64,000 bases of DNA from Candidatus Latescibacterota bacterium (GCA_965204725.1 OZ242005.1:3392001-3456000); one strand, 5' to 3'. Positions 38,186-47,637 are shown, counted from the first letter of the stretch. The notes: generated from the letters alone by a model not told the origin. Made by a program: numbers and translations.

Positions 38186-39097
38186 ATGAGAAAGTTCGGC
38201 TTTTTCGCCTTGTCTTGCGGGCTGGCGTGCCTGCTGAGCACGGCCGCTTTTGCCCACGTGGGCGTGACCGTGTTCTATCCCCAAGTGCCCGACCCGGCGG
38301 CCATTACCATCGACGGCAACGACGATGACTGGGGTTGGTACGACCCGGCCCTCGCCCTCAATCAGCCCGATTTCTTCGACCGGGCCAGCGATTTCGTCGA
38401 GTTGTCGGACTACGATTTCACCATCCTCAACGGTTGGTCCGCGCCGCCGGACAACAAGTGGTACGGCTTTGCGCGCTTTGTCGATGACACCCTCAAGTAC
38501 GATTCGCCCGTCAAGGAGTGGTGGAAAGACGACTGCTTGCAGATAACCGTGGACGCCGATCATCTCGGCGGCAATATCCTCGGTTCCGACCTCGAGCAGA
38601 TCGCCAATGGCCAGCGCTGGCACGTGCGCATCTTCCCGCCCGCCGGCGAGTCCCTGCTGCCCAATCAAACTCCCTTCTTCTACAGCCAGCTAGAGTTCAT
38701 CGACTCCGAAGAGCTCCTCTGGGGAGTGGAGCCGGAGTTTTTCGAGGCCGCGTGGACCGTCCTGCCAGCCGGCGCCGAAAACCTGACGGTTGGCCCGGTC
38801 ACGTACACCTATGAGTGGCGGGGTGCCCTGTGGGACATCTGGGGCCTGAGCGAGAGCGAGAGTGTGCGGCACGTGTTCGCCGAGGACGACGTGATTCACC
38901 TCGGCTACCGCCCGCTTGACGCCGACCGCCCCGGCGGTGGACGCAAGCATTCCATGTACATCAACGACGGCAGCCAGTCGCAGGACGTCGACGCTTCGCA
39001 GATGCCCGACTTCTGGGCACTGGCGGCCCCCGAGACGAGCGTGGAAAACGAGACTTGGGGCCACATCAAAAACAGCATGTCCCAACGCCTCAAGTAG
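38186..39097 (+). CDS. Secreted CBM9/DOMON-like protein with C-terminal TWGxIK motif
   Basis: Signal peptide, ITIDGNDDDW, DDCLQITVDAD, ends SVENETWGHIK... Confidence 0.72.
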   Translation: MRKFGFFALSCGLACLLSTAAFAHVGVTVFYPQVPDPAAITIDGNDDDWGWYDPALALNQPDFFDRASDFVELSDYDFTILNGWSAPPDNKWYGFARFVDDTLKYDSPVKEWWKDDCLQITVDADHLGGNILGSDLEQIANGQRWHVRIFPPAGESLLPNQTPFFYSQLEFIDSEELLWGVEPEFFEAAWTVLPAGAENLTVGPVTYTYEWRGALWDIWGLSESESVRHVFAEDDVIHLGYRPLDADRPGGGRKHSMYINDGSQSQDVDASQMPDFWALAAPETSVENETWGHIKNSMSQRLK

Positions 39098-39114
39098 GAG
39101 TTCGCGGCGCAACC

Positions 39115-39156
39115 ACGAGGGAGGGGGGCAGCAGCCCTTCTCCCTCGTTTCATTTT
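39115..39156 (+). terminator. Intrinsic terminator
   Basis: CGAGGGAGGGGGGC-agca-GCCCTTCTCCCTCG followed by TTTCATTTT. Confidence 0.7.
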
Positions 39157-39183
39157 CTATGAATTTGCTCAAGGAACAGGAAC

Positions 39184-39828
39184 ATGGCTGAAGAGAATGT
39201 CCGCACCGAGGTCGCCCAAGTGCGAGGCGAGATGCGCGAGAAGTCTGCTCAAGCCGATGCGAAATTTGCCGAGATGAACGGCCAGATGCGCGAGGGCTTT
39301 GCTCGCGTCGATAAAGAGGTCGCGCAGGTACGAGGCGAGATAGAGACCGGATTTGCCCAAGTGCGAGGCGAAATGGACGCCGGATTTGCCCGCGTCGATA
39401 AGGAATTTGCCCAAGTGCGAGGCGAAATGGAAACCGGGTTTGCCCGCGTCGATAAAGAGGTCGCGCAGGTACGAGGCGAGATGGAAACCGGATTTGCCCG
39501 CGTCGATAAAGAAATTGCCCAAGTGCGAGGCGAAATGGAAACCGGATTTGCCCAAGTGCGAGGCGAAATGGAAACCGGATTTGCCCAGGTACGAGGCGAG
39601 ATGGAAACCGGATTTGCCCGCGTCGATAAAGAAATTGCCCAAGTGCGAGGCGAAATGGAAACCGGGTTTGCCCAAGTGCGAGGCGAAATGAGAGAGGGAT
39701 TCTCGCAAATGCGGAGCGATATGGAGAAATCGATCAAGACCTTGCTCTATGCGATACTCAGCACTGGCGGCATTCTCGTCATTGGGATGATCACCGCGCT
39801 CATCAAATTCTGGTTCACCACGCCATAG
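39184..39828 (+). CDS. Repeat coiled-coil protein with C-terminal TM (DUF1640/CCDC90-like)
   Basis: AQVRGEMETGF and ARVDKEI/V units; hydrophobic tail. Confidence 0.8.
   Translation: MAEENVRTEVAQVRGEMREKSAQADAKFAEMNGQMREGFARVDKEVAQVRGEIETGFAQVRGEMDAGFARVDKEFAQVRGEMETGFARVDKEVAQVRGEMETGFARVDKEIAQVRGEMETGFAQVRGEMETGFAQVRGEMETGFARVDKEIAQVRGEMETGFAQVRGEMREGFSQMRSDMEKSIKTLLYAILSTGGILVIGMITALIKFWFTTP
39285..39710 (+). repeat. Intragenic tandem repeats of mixed 33-bp and 54-bp units
   Basis: gcccaagtgcgaggcgaaatggaaaccggattt with or without gcccgcgtcgataaagaaatt; boundaries approximate. Confidence 0.85.
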
Positions 39829-39852
39829 GCGGCCACCGTTCCGGCAGCCTCA

Positions 39853-41919
39853 ATGAAGACGACGAAACCTTCACCGGAACCTTCGCCTCGGAGAAGGCTG
39901 CTCCTTAGGTGGGTGCGATGGGCACTGTTGGCTTGCGTCGCGCTGATGTGCAGCCCTGGGGCGGCGCAAGAGTGGTGGCAGCTCGGCGGGCAGGGCGGCG
40001 TCTCGCCGGTAGATGTGGCGGATTTCAGCCTGATGATAGACGATGCAGCCGCTTCCCAAGTGCTCCAGCCTTTCGAGCTCGACCCGCATGAAAACATCTT
40101 GCCGCAACTCGGCCCTTGGCAGCGCTGGCGCTTTCCCACCGACCCGCAATTCCGCCCCGGCCATCCGCGCTTCTGGACGGACATCAACCACAACACCCTA
40201 TACAAGGCCACGGAAATTTTTCTCTTCGTCGATGGCGACTCAACCACGTACGTGGAGCGGCGAGATGAGCAGGAGATTTTCTATACCATAGACCTGGGTA
40301 TCCAAGTGCCGGTAGAGCGCTTTGTCTTTTTCCCTCCCCAAGGCGTCAGCCCCGAAAGCGACGAGCCTTTCAGACCCAATTACATCCTCAAGTCCTATAG
40401 TCTGACGGCCGCCAAAGCCGAGACCGGCATCCTGCAAGAGGAGACAGAGCGCGGGTTTGTCTGGCGAGGCGACGGGCCGTGCTGTCCGCTGGCCATCCCC
40501 CTCGCCTACGAAGAGCGCAACACCGACGCGGTGACCGCAATCGCTTTTCCCACCCAATACCTCCGCTTTTTCCGCCTAATCGCCATCCCCGACGGCTTTA
40601 CCCTATACGGCGACCCCATCGTCACGCGCTCAGCCTTTGCCGAGATGGAAATCTACGGCCGGGGGTTCGCCCCGCAGGCGATCTATGAGTCGCAGATCAT
40701 AGATTTGGGGCGGGAGGTCAATTTTGGGCAGGTGCGCTTGGGGGTGAGCAAATGGCGCAAGGACGGGGAGCAACTGCTGCCGTCCAACGGGCCAGCCCGC
40801 GCCCAAGTGGAAATCCGCACGGGGCGCGACGACAGCCCAACGGCTTATTTCGGCTTTGACGATCTGGGCGCCCATGTAGAGGTGACCAAGAAGCAGTGGG
40901 ACCGGCTGATACCCCTAGAGACGCGCGGCGCGACCATAGCGGTCGGCTATCGCGGTCCGGTGGCCGAAGACCTGCAAAACTGGAGCTTTTGGTCGCTGCC
41001 GCTAGAGGGCTCGGGCCAGCACCCGCGCCTGCCGTGGGGTCGGTATTTCCAATTGCGCGTCCAGCTAGCAACGGACGCGCTGTGGGAATTTGCCCGCCTC
41101 GATTCCCTGCAAATCGAGATCGCGCCCCTGCTGGCTGACCGGGTTGTCGGCGAGGTCGTCCGTGCGGACCAACCCCATCCCCAAGGCGGGCAAGTGCGCG
41201 TCCCAGCGGGTGAGAAAACCTCGTTCACGTACGACCTAGGCGTAGAATTTGCCAGTGCGGACCGCGTCGGCTGCGACGCCGTGCGCGTCTCGGCACCGGC
41301 CGAAGCCACATTTCGCTATCTGGAGATGGGCGACCCGCTCAGCGCAATAGAGCCAGACAGCCTACTGCGCGAAGAAAGCGGCTTTGTCGTATTCTTGCCC
41401 CGCCCCTTACACCCAAGCGGCGACCAGCGGCTGCGCATCGGCGTCGAAGCCGTGCTGTACGGCGAGGCCGGCGAATTTGGCGGCGAGGTCTTTAACCGCC
41501 GCGAGCCGAGCTTGTTGCAGCGCGTCGAAGGAGGCGACGTCAGCGCGGCACTAGGCTCCAACCAGTTGCTCGTCGTGGCCTCTGCCACTTCCAAGAGTGG
41601 GGTACTGGGAGACATCGAGGCGGGTAGCGGCGCGTTTACTCCTCAAGGCGACGGCGTAAACGACCTGCTGCCCATACGATACACCCTCTTCCGGGTGCGG
41701 CAGTCGTCCCAAGTGCAAGTCGGCGTGTACGCCCTCGACGGGCGGGCGGTATGGCAGGCGCAGCCTAGCGTGCAGGGGGCAGGACGCCATGCGGTCTATT
41801 GGGATGGGCGCGATAGCACCGGCCAAAGAGTCCCTCCCGGCACCTATTTGGCGCGGGTGGAAGTAGAAACGGATAAGGGACGTGAGGTGCGGTTGCGGCC
41901 GGTGGCCGTGGCGTATTAA
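39853..41919 (+). CDS. Secreted FlgD-Ig-like domain protein
   Basis: RTGRDDSP, WSFWS, FTPQGDG, WDGRD, ends VAVAY. Confidence 0.78.
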   Translation: MKTTKPSPEPSPRRRLLLRWVRWALLACVALMCSPGAAQEWWQLGGQGGVSPVDVADFSLMIDDAAASQVLQPFELDPHENILPQLGPWQRWRFPTDPQFRPGHPRFWTDINHNTLYKATEIFLFVDGDSTTYVERRDEQEIFYTIDLGIQVPVERFVFFPPQGVSPESDEPFRPNYILKSYSLTAAKAETGILQEETERGFVWRGDGPCCPLAIPLAYEERNTDAVTAIAFPTQYLRFFRLIAIPDGFTLYGDPIVTRSAFAEMEIYGRGFAPQAIYESQIIDLGREVNFGQVRLGVSKWRKDGEQLLPSNGPARAQVEIRTGRDDSPTAYFGFDDLGAHVEVTKKQWDRLIPLETRGATIAVGYRGPVAEDLQNWSFWSLPLEGSGQHPRLPWGRYFQLRVQLATDALWEFARLDSLQIEIAPLLADRVVGEVVRADQPHPQGGQVRVPAGEKTSFTYDLGVEFASADRVGCDAVRVSAPAEATFRYLEMGDPLSAIEPDSLLREESGFVVFLPRPLHPSGDQRLRIGVEAVLYGEAGEFGGEVFNRREPSLLQRVEGGDVSAALGSNQLLVVASATSKSGVLGDIEAGSGAFTPQGDGVNDLLPIRYTLFRVRQSSQVQVGVYALDGRAVWQAQPSVQGAGRHAVYWDGRDSTGQRVPPGTYLARVEVETDKGREVRLRPVAVAY

Positions 41920-42031
41920 TTCAATGAGATTTTTTTAGAATAGGGGCGGTCTGATCCCAGATATAGTTAGTGAGACATTTCGCCATATGAGAAAACAACA
42001 TCAAATAGCCTAACATAGAAAGGAAATCGAC

Positions 42032-42454
42032 ATGCCAATACCACTATTTCTTGTCGGATTAGCTAAAACGGCAGCCATGACATTAGCCTCCTCTGCTGCT
42101 AACAAACTCGTAGAGGAACTTATGAATGAGCCATCTGATGAAGAAATCCAAGAGTTACTCGAAGAAACTAGGAGGCAACTCGAAGATGAACAGCGAAAAC
42201 GTAAAAAGCAAGTAATAGCAATAGGAGTGGTGTGTTTCCTCCTAGGAGGCTTAGTAGCCAGTTCAGGCACTTGGTACGCCCTTCAATCTAGTCAATCTAG
42301 TGAACAGATAATTGCACTTGAGGAACTCGAGAAGTACGAAAAGGCGCGGGATGCAGGTCTCCAAGCTCTAGAATATTATGTCATTCAAAATCCCAACAGT
42401 CCGTACATTTCCCAAGCAAAAGATTTAATTCGAGCTTATAAAGGTAAGGAGTAA
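42032..42454 (+). CDS. Small membrane-anchored hypothetical protein (AT-rich)
   Basis: GAAAGGAA RBS; central TM; NPNSPYISQAK tail. Confidence 0.7.
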   Translation: MPIPLFLVGLAKTAAMTLASSAANKLVEELMNEPSDEEIQELLEETRRQLEDEQRKRKKQVIAIGVVCFLLGGLVASSGTWYALQSSQSSEQIIALEELEKYEKARDAGLQALEYYVIQNPNSPYISQAKDLIRAYKGKE

Positions 42455-42457
42455 CTC

Positions 42458-43315
42458 ATGCGCTATATTTTTTTCCTTCTCTCTATAGCAGGCTGTATAA
42501 GTCTGGCAGCCTGTAGTGATGAGGACGAGAAGGCACGGCTCTTAGAGGGAATAAAAAAAAGATCGGCATTGAATAACTCTCTAAAGGAAGAGATAATCCA
42601 ATCCGAGAGCGACATAGCCGCTTTGGAGGCTATGAACGACAGTCTGAGTAAATCTGGGGAACTTCTCTTGGTGAAGAACAATCAGCTCCGCAAGGAAGTG
42701 GAGAACGCCGAGCAAGAGGCCAACAAATACCGCCGACACAATGAGCACTTGCAAGAGAAGGTTAGCCAACTACAGAAGGAGACTGACCAACTACAGAAGG
42801 ATAAGCGTACCAACGAACGGGAAATCCGCAGACTAGCTGTTAAGATAGACAGTATTTCCGTAGATCGGGACCTCCTAATAGGCGTCAATCAAGACTTAAA
42901 AAATAAACTAAACGAGATTAGGGAGACTCACAACGCACTCCACAGGATTCGGAAATCGGTACGTCTCCTAGTAGGTACTGAGAGTCTTCTCAAAAGCAAT
43001 CGCTTTCTCAAGACGAGCCGCAATGCGATGCTGCGCAAACAGTACAAACTGGTTAAAAAGCTCGAAGGCGACGACTCCCGGGTCAAAATTGTGCCCCTCA
43101 ATCAGCAATTGGACTTGACCCTAAATTCAGCTCCAGAAGCCCTAGTTGGTAGTTCTGGCAAGCTTAAACTAAAAGCACTGGTTGACCGTTCTGGCAAGCT
43201 CAAGGAAGATCGCGATTACATAGTCGATAAAAGTAGAGGTACTACAATCATTACCTTTATAAATCCCGTTTTAGAAGGGACGGATGTATTGGCCGTGGTC
43301 GAGGTCGAAGATTGA
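42458..43315 (+). CDS. Coiled-coil lipoprotein
   Basis: AAGGAG RBS; LAAC lipobox; long heptad region and beta-rich C-terminus. Confidence 0.75.
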   Translation: MRYIFFLLSIAGCISLAACSDEDEKARLLEGIKKRSALNNSLKEEIIQSESDIAALEAMNDSLSKSGELLLVKNNQLRKEVENAEQEANKYRRHNEHLQEKVSQLQKETDQLQKDKRTNEREIRRLAVKIDSISVDRDLLIGVNQDLKNKLNEIRETHNALHRIRKSVRLLVGTESLLKSNRFLKTSRNAMLRKQYKLVKKLEGDDSRVKIVPLNQQLDLTLNSAPEALVGSSGKLKLKALVDRSGKLKEDRDYIVDKSRGTTIITFINPVLEGTDVLAVVEVED

Positions 43316-43346
43316 GGGAATTATACCCAGCGAGGACTTGGACCCT

Positions 43347-43691
43347 ATGAATGCCATTGAAACCCAGATCAACAACGCTACCATTGAGGCCATAGCGCGA
43401 CTGATCGTCGAACGCTTTGAGCCGGAACAAGTCATTCTCTTCGGCAGTCACGCCTGCGGAGAGGGGGGATCGCATAGCGATGTGGACCTGCTGGTCGTGC
43501 TTCGCACCGGCACAGAAAAACTACCGCCCGGCAATCCAATCCGTCGAGCGATTGCCGAGCGTTTCGTCCTGCCCGTTGATGTCCTTATCCGCTCGCCGGA
43601 AGTTCTCGCCGAACAGCGCAATGACCCATATTCCTTGATGCACCAAGTGCTAAAAGAGGGAAAGGTATTGTATGAGCGGCACGTTGCCTGA
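43347..43691 (+). CDS. Minimal nucleotidyltransferase (MNT antitoxin)
   Basis: ILFGS.A.G...SDVDLLVV, PVDVL, EGKVLYE. Confidence 0.88.
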   Translation: MNAIETQINNATIEAIARLIVERFEPEQVILFGSHACGEGGSHSDVDLLVVLRTGTEKLPPGNPIRRAIAERFVLPVDVLIRSPEVLAEQRNDPYSLMHQVLKEGKVLYERHVA

Positions 43692-43773
43692 ACGGGACTG
43701 GTTCGATAAGGCAAATCAAGATTTGGAGATGGCGCGTCGGGCGTTGGGTCCGAAAACACCTTCTCATCTATGA
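43672..43773 (+). pseudogene. Truncated HEPN toxin (33 codons)
   Basis: Overlaps the MNT end; reads MSGTLPERDWFDKANQDLEMARRAL.., a HEPN-type N-terminal helix, then stops. Confidence 0.65.
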
Positions 43774-43799
43774 CCTAATGAAAATGAAGAGAGGCTGTT

Positions 43800-44714
43800 T
43801 TGCGTAGAATCATACAGATCGTCTCGGCAGGCATCCACAAGGTGGGCGTCTTCCTTGTAGAAAAAGTCAGCACGATCCAGTATATTGTATTTTTCGCTGC
43901 GGTAGTCATAGTTTTCGGGATTCTTTATACCTATCTGACCCCAATAGGGCACGGTATTGGGCAAAATCTCAAGCCGCTTTCTGACATTGCATTTCTCACA
44001 GGCATATACTTCAGTATTGTCACGATCTCCTCGTTAGGGTACGGTGACATGCACCCGATGGGGTTCTCAAAAGCTCTCGCCTGTATAGAAGTCCTCCTAG
44101 GACTCGTAGTGATAGGCATTATGATAGCTAAAGTTACTTCGCGACGTCCGTCATACCATGTTGAACGTCTTTTCAGTTCCGATGCTCAAAAACGACTTGA
44201 ACATTTTGCTACAGAATTCGTGGCGTTTCACGGAAATTTTGAAACAATTATTTCGGACTTTGGGGACGCCTATCAGAGAATTCCTGGCAAACCACCCCCT
44301 GCCGACAAGAGCACATTGATCGCACGTTTCCAAGAAATTATCACTGCATTCCAATCACAATGTACTGAGTTGCATTCCTACTTCTTAGATGAGACTGATC
44401 AGGGGAACTACTTCGAGATCGTCCCAGCTATTGCAATGGTGCAAGTAGGTAATGCCGTTGACGGTGCTTTCTTTAGACTTAGTCAACTTCTTATAAATCT
44501 GTCACCGCAAGCGAAAATTGAAGTTCTTGATAGGCGTAGCAGACAGGGGATTGCAAGGGCAATCGACGCCCAGATAAAGGCATGTGATTTAGTTGATCAA
44601 TATGCGACTGATCAGGGTACACGCGATGTATTCCGGCGCATTCAAGATATTTGTAGTAGGTTGCCAGAAAGTTATTTCGCAGAAGTATCGCAACCCGACC
44701 AACTCCCACAATGA
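43800..44714 (+). CDS. Two-TM potassium channel family protein with unknown helical C-terminal domain
   Basis: IYFSIVTISSLGYGDMHP pore and filter flanked by TMs. Confidence 0.8.
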   Translation: MRRIIQIVSAGIHKVGVFLVEKVSTIQYIVFFAAVVIVFGILYTYLTPIGHGIGQNLKPLSDIAFLTGIYFSIVTISSLGYGDMHPMGFSKALACIEVLLGLVVIGIMIAKVTSRRPSYHVERLFSSDAQKRLEHFATEFVAFHGNFETIISDFGDAYQRIPGKPPPADKSTLIARFQEIITAFQSQCTELHSYFLDETDQGNYFEIVPAIAMVQVGNAVDGAFFRLSQLLINLSPQAKIEVLDRRSRQGIARAIDAQIKACDLVDQYATDQGTRDVFRRIQDICSRLPESYFAEVSQPDQLPQ

Positions 44715-44750
44715 TCCTGACGAGTCGCAATAACTTTAAGGAGGTGTAAG

Positions 44751-45140
44751 ATGAACGAACAGCTTCTTCATGGACACGAATTGTCGCTAGAGCTGGAATG
44801 GATGAGATGCTGGGGCGATGTCTGGTGCAATCTCAACCTTGTAAACCTAAACCATGAGTATTTCCACAAGGACGTCTCTGGCGTCTATATAATTTGGCAC
44901 GGAGGACCAGACCCCAAGGTGGTGTACGTCGGTCAGGGAAATATCAGGGATCGCATAGCCGAACACCGGAACGATCCAGAGATACAGCGATATGATTCTC
45001 TAGAGCTTTATGTCACTTGGGCACCAGTACCCAAGGAATACCAAGACGGTGCAGAAGCGTCCTTGGCTAAGCGATGGTCTCCAATAGTCGGCGAACGCTA
45101 TCCAGACGCCCTGCCCATAAAGGTAAACTCTCCGTGGTAG
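44751..45140 (+). CDS. Small GIY-YIG nuclease family protein
   Basis: GVYII...VYVGQG..RDRI..H, later conserved E; AAGGAGG RBS. Confidence 0.78.
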   Translation: MNEQLLHGHELSLELEWMRCWGDVWCNLNLVNLNHEYFHKDVSGVYIIWHGGPDPKVVYVGQGNIRDRIAEHRNDPEIQRYDSLELYVTWAPVPKEYQDGAEASLAKRWSPIVGERYPDALPIKVNSPW

Positions 45141-45190
45141 CCATTGCGACCATCCCACCCCAAACAGCACCTCCTAACGAAAGCCTAGCT

Positions 45191-45964
45191 ATGCCTGCAT
45201 CGTCTCACCACCTATTCGCCCTGCTGTGCGCCGTGCTGCTCGTCGGAGGCTGCGGCCACAAGCTCGGCTACCGCCACTTTGCTGGCCCCATCTTGCCAGC
45301 CGCGGATTTAGCGGCAACGGATTTCGTCGTCCGCGACGACCACAGCATCACCTTCGTCAAAAACCGCTTGGAGGTGAGTTTGCTGCCGCTGACCGTGGCC
45401 ATGCTCAATCGGCAGCTAAGCAGCCACTCGCAGCGGCCCGAGGGCTTTCACGACCCCAACCCCTATCTCGCGCCAGTCAATCCCTACACCTACGGCGACT
45501 GGAAACCGGGGTGGGAGGAGGACCAGCCCACCCGCTTTACGGTTTTTCTGATCAAGGTCAAAAACTACGCGTACCCCAAGGTGTGGCTCAATCCCTACGC
45601 CATAGAGATCGCCACCTCCAATGGCCGGCGCTACCAAGCCTTCACCCGGCTGGCGTTAGACGAGTACTTCGCCCCGTATGCCATAGGCTATGCCGGCAAT
45701 ACCTTTCTCCCCTTCCGCGAGCGGCGCGACTTACTCCTCCGCACCTTGTATCCCGAAGACGAGATGATCTTCAGCGGCCAAGAGCGCGAAGGCTTTGTTG
45801 CCTTTGCCCCGCTGGCACACGATGTCGAAGCGTTTGAGGTGCGGGTCGCGGAGATGGTGCTGCGCTTCGACTACCGCGATCAGCCGGTGGAGACCATAGA
45901 CATCGCCTACCCGTTTACGCGCGAAGTGTACTTGGCCAAGCACCGCCGCGCCGAGGAACTCTAA
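45191..45964 (+). CDS. Hypothetical lipoprotein
   Basis: VGGC lipobox after hydrophobic stretch; first gene of a tight four-gene run. Confidence 0.7.
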   Translation: MPASSHHLFALLCAVLLVGGCGHKLGYRHFAGPILPAADLAATDFVVRDDHSITFVKNRLEVSLLPLTVAMLNRQLSSHSQRPEGFHDPNPYLAPVNPYTYGDWKPGWEEDQPTRFTVFLIKVKNYAYPKVWLNPYAIEIATSNGRRYQAFTRLALDEYFAPYAIGYAGNTFLPFRERRDLLLRTLYPEDEMIFSGQEREGFVAFAPLAHDVEAFEVRVAEMVLRFDYRDQPVETIDIAYPFTREVYLAKHRRAEEL

Positions 45965-45966
45965 CG

Positions 45967-47637
45967 ATGCTCGCTCGGGTCGTTGCGGGAGTCGCCCTCG
46001 CGTCGCTGTGGTGGAGCGGCTGCGAGCCAAAAGTGGATGGCGACGTGGTCGCTAGGGTCGGAGACGAAGCGATCAAACTAGCAGACCTGCGCCAGTTCCG
46101 CGCCGAGTCCACCGCCAACTACCGCGACCCCGAAGAGGGCCTCAAGGCGTGGCGCTTCTACTTGCAGACCATGATCGACATGAAGTTGATGCTCATGGAG
46201 GCGCGGGAGCGGCGGCTGGAGCAGACCGCGGAGTTCGTCCGCCAATGGGAGCGGGAACGGCGCAAGAAACTGGTTGACGAGTACGCCGTGCGGACCATCC
46301 TCGCGGATGTAGATCTCGCGGTAGAAGAGATGCGGCAGGGTTTTGCGACGAGTAAGTGGAATCGGATGTTGCGCTTGGCCCATATCCGCACCGCGAGCGA
46401 GGCCGAAGCCCAAAAGGCCCTGCGCGACTTGGAGCAGGGGCGAGATTTTGCCGAGGTGGCCCGAGCGCGTTCTATCGCGCCGACCGCCGCCCACGGCGGG
46501 GCACTCGACGCTTGGTACGGACGCGGCAACTTGGAGGAGATGGGCCTGCCCCTAGCCGTGGGGGAGCAGGTATTCGACCTACAGGTGGGGGCCTTGAGCC
46601 AGCCCTTACTCGTGGGGGAACACTACGAGATTTTCAAGGTGTTGTCTCAAGGGCCAGCGCCTGCACACTACCGAGCGTCCTTCTTGCGCGAACACTATTG
46701 GAAGGAGTTTCGCGCCCGCTGGAACGCGCTGACCGCCCAACTCAAAGACCGCCTCAACGCCCAGCTCGATGGCGAGGCGATCCGGTTGCTGGTCGATAGG
46801 ATGGCCGAAGCCGATGGCCGCCGAGGGATGCTGCTGGGTCCCGACGAGCAGGATGTGATCCTCTGTCGCTTCGAGGGCGGTCAGGTAACGCTGCTCGATT
46901 TCGCGGAAACCTACAACGCCTATTGGTTTATCCGCTCGGTTTCCTTTGACAGCAGCGGGATTGCCGAGTTCGTCCACCGGGATCTCTTGCCGCGGACCCT
47001 CGTCTATCAAGCGGCGTTGCAGGAAGGCCTAGACCAAGATTCGACCATCGCCGCTTGGTTGCAGGACAAAAAAAAATCACTGCTGCTCGAAGCCCTCCGC
47101 CGCGAGGACGTCGTGCAGCGGGTCGAGGTGGATAGTGCCATGGCCCGCCAGTACTACGACGACCATCCGCAAATGTTCATGGAACTCGAAGAAATTCGGG
47201 TGGCCGAGGTACTGGTGGCGACCCGCGCCGAGGCGGAACAACTCTTGCGGCGGATCCGTGCTGGCGAACCCCTAGCAACGCTGGCCGCTCGCCACACGCT
47301 CCGCACGGATGCCGAGGGGGCATACCACATCCACAACCATCCCTCCGAGCGGCGGGTTTTCGGTGCGCTCTACGACTCGGTGGTCGCCGCACCCGTGGGG
47401 GTGCTGACCGGCCCGGTGGCTCTCGACGAGGGCTACTCGATCTTCGAGGTGCAAGAGCGCATTCCCCCCCGTCCCACGCCCTTTGCACAGGCGGCTTCGC
47501 GGGCGCGGTGGTGGGTGCAGAAGCAGCAAGAAAAGACCCTCTTCGCCTCCTTGTTCGCCCGGCTCAGAGATCAGTACGCCGATAGGGTTGTGGTATTTGA
47601 AGAGCAGTTGAGCGCGCTAGACGCCAGCCCTGACTAG
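45967..47637 (+). CDS. PpiC/parvulin-type peptidyl-prolyl isomerase (SurA/PrsA-like lipoprotein), two rotamase-like domains
   Basis: VVARVGDEAI, AHI....A.....L..G.DFAEVARARS, GYSIFEV. Confidence 0.8.
   Translation: MLARVVAGVALASLWWSGCEPKVDGDVVARVGDEAIKLADLRQFRAESTANYRDPEEGLKAWRFYLQTMIDMKLMLMEARERRLEQTAEFVRQWERERRKKLVDEYAVRTILADVDLAVEEMRQGFATSKWNRMLRLAHIRTASEAEAQKALRDLEQGRDFAEVARARSIAPTAAHGGALDAWYGRGNLEEMGLPLAVGEQVFDLQVGALSQPLLVGEHYEIFKVLSQGPAPAHYRASFLREHYWKEFRARWNALTAQLKDRLNAQLDGEAIRLLVDRMAEADGRRGMLLGPDEQDVILCRFEGGQVTLLDFAETYNAYWFIRSVSFDSSGIAEFVHRDLLPRTLVYQAALQEGLDQDSTIAAWLQDKKKSLLLEALRREDVVQRVEVDSAMARQYYDDHPQMFMELEEIRVAEVLVATRAEAEQLLRRIRAGEPLATLAARHTLRTDAEGAYHIHNHPSERRVFGALYDSVVAAPVGVLTGPVALDEGYSIFEVQERIPPRPTPFAQAASRARWWVQKQQEKTLFASLFARLRDQYADRVVVFEEQLSALDASPD

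Noticed and set aside
39285-39710. Possible CRISPR array (regular 33-54 bp repeats)
   Set aside because: Units are in-frame multiples of 3 inside a coiled-coil ORF, there are no unique spacers and no cas genes
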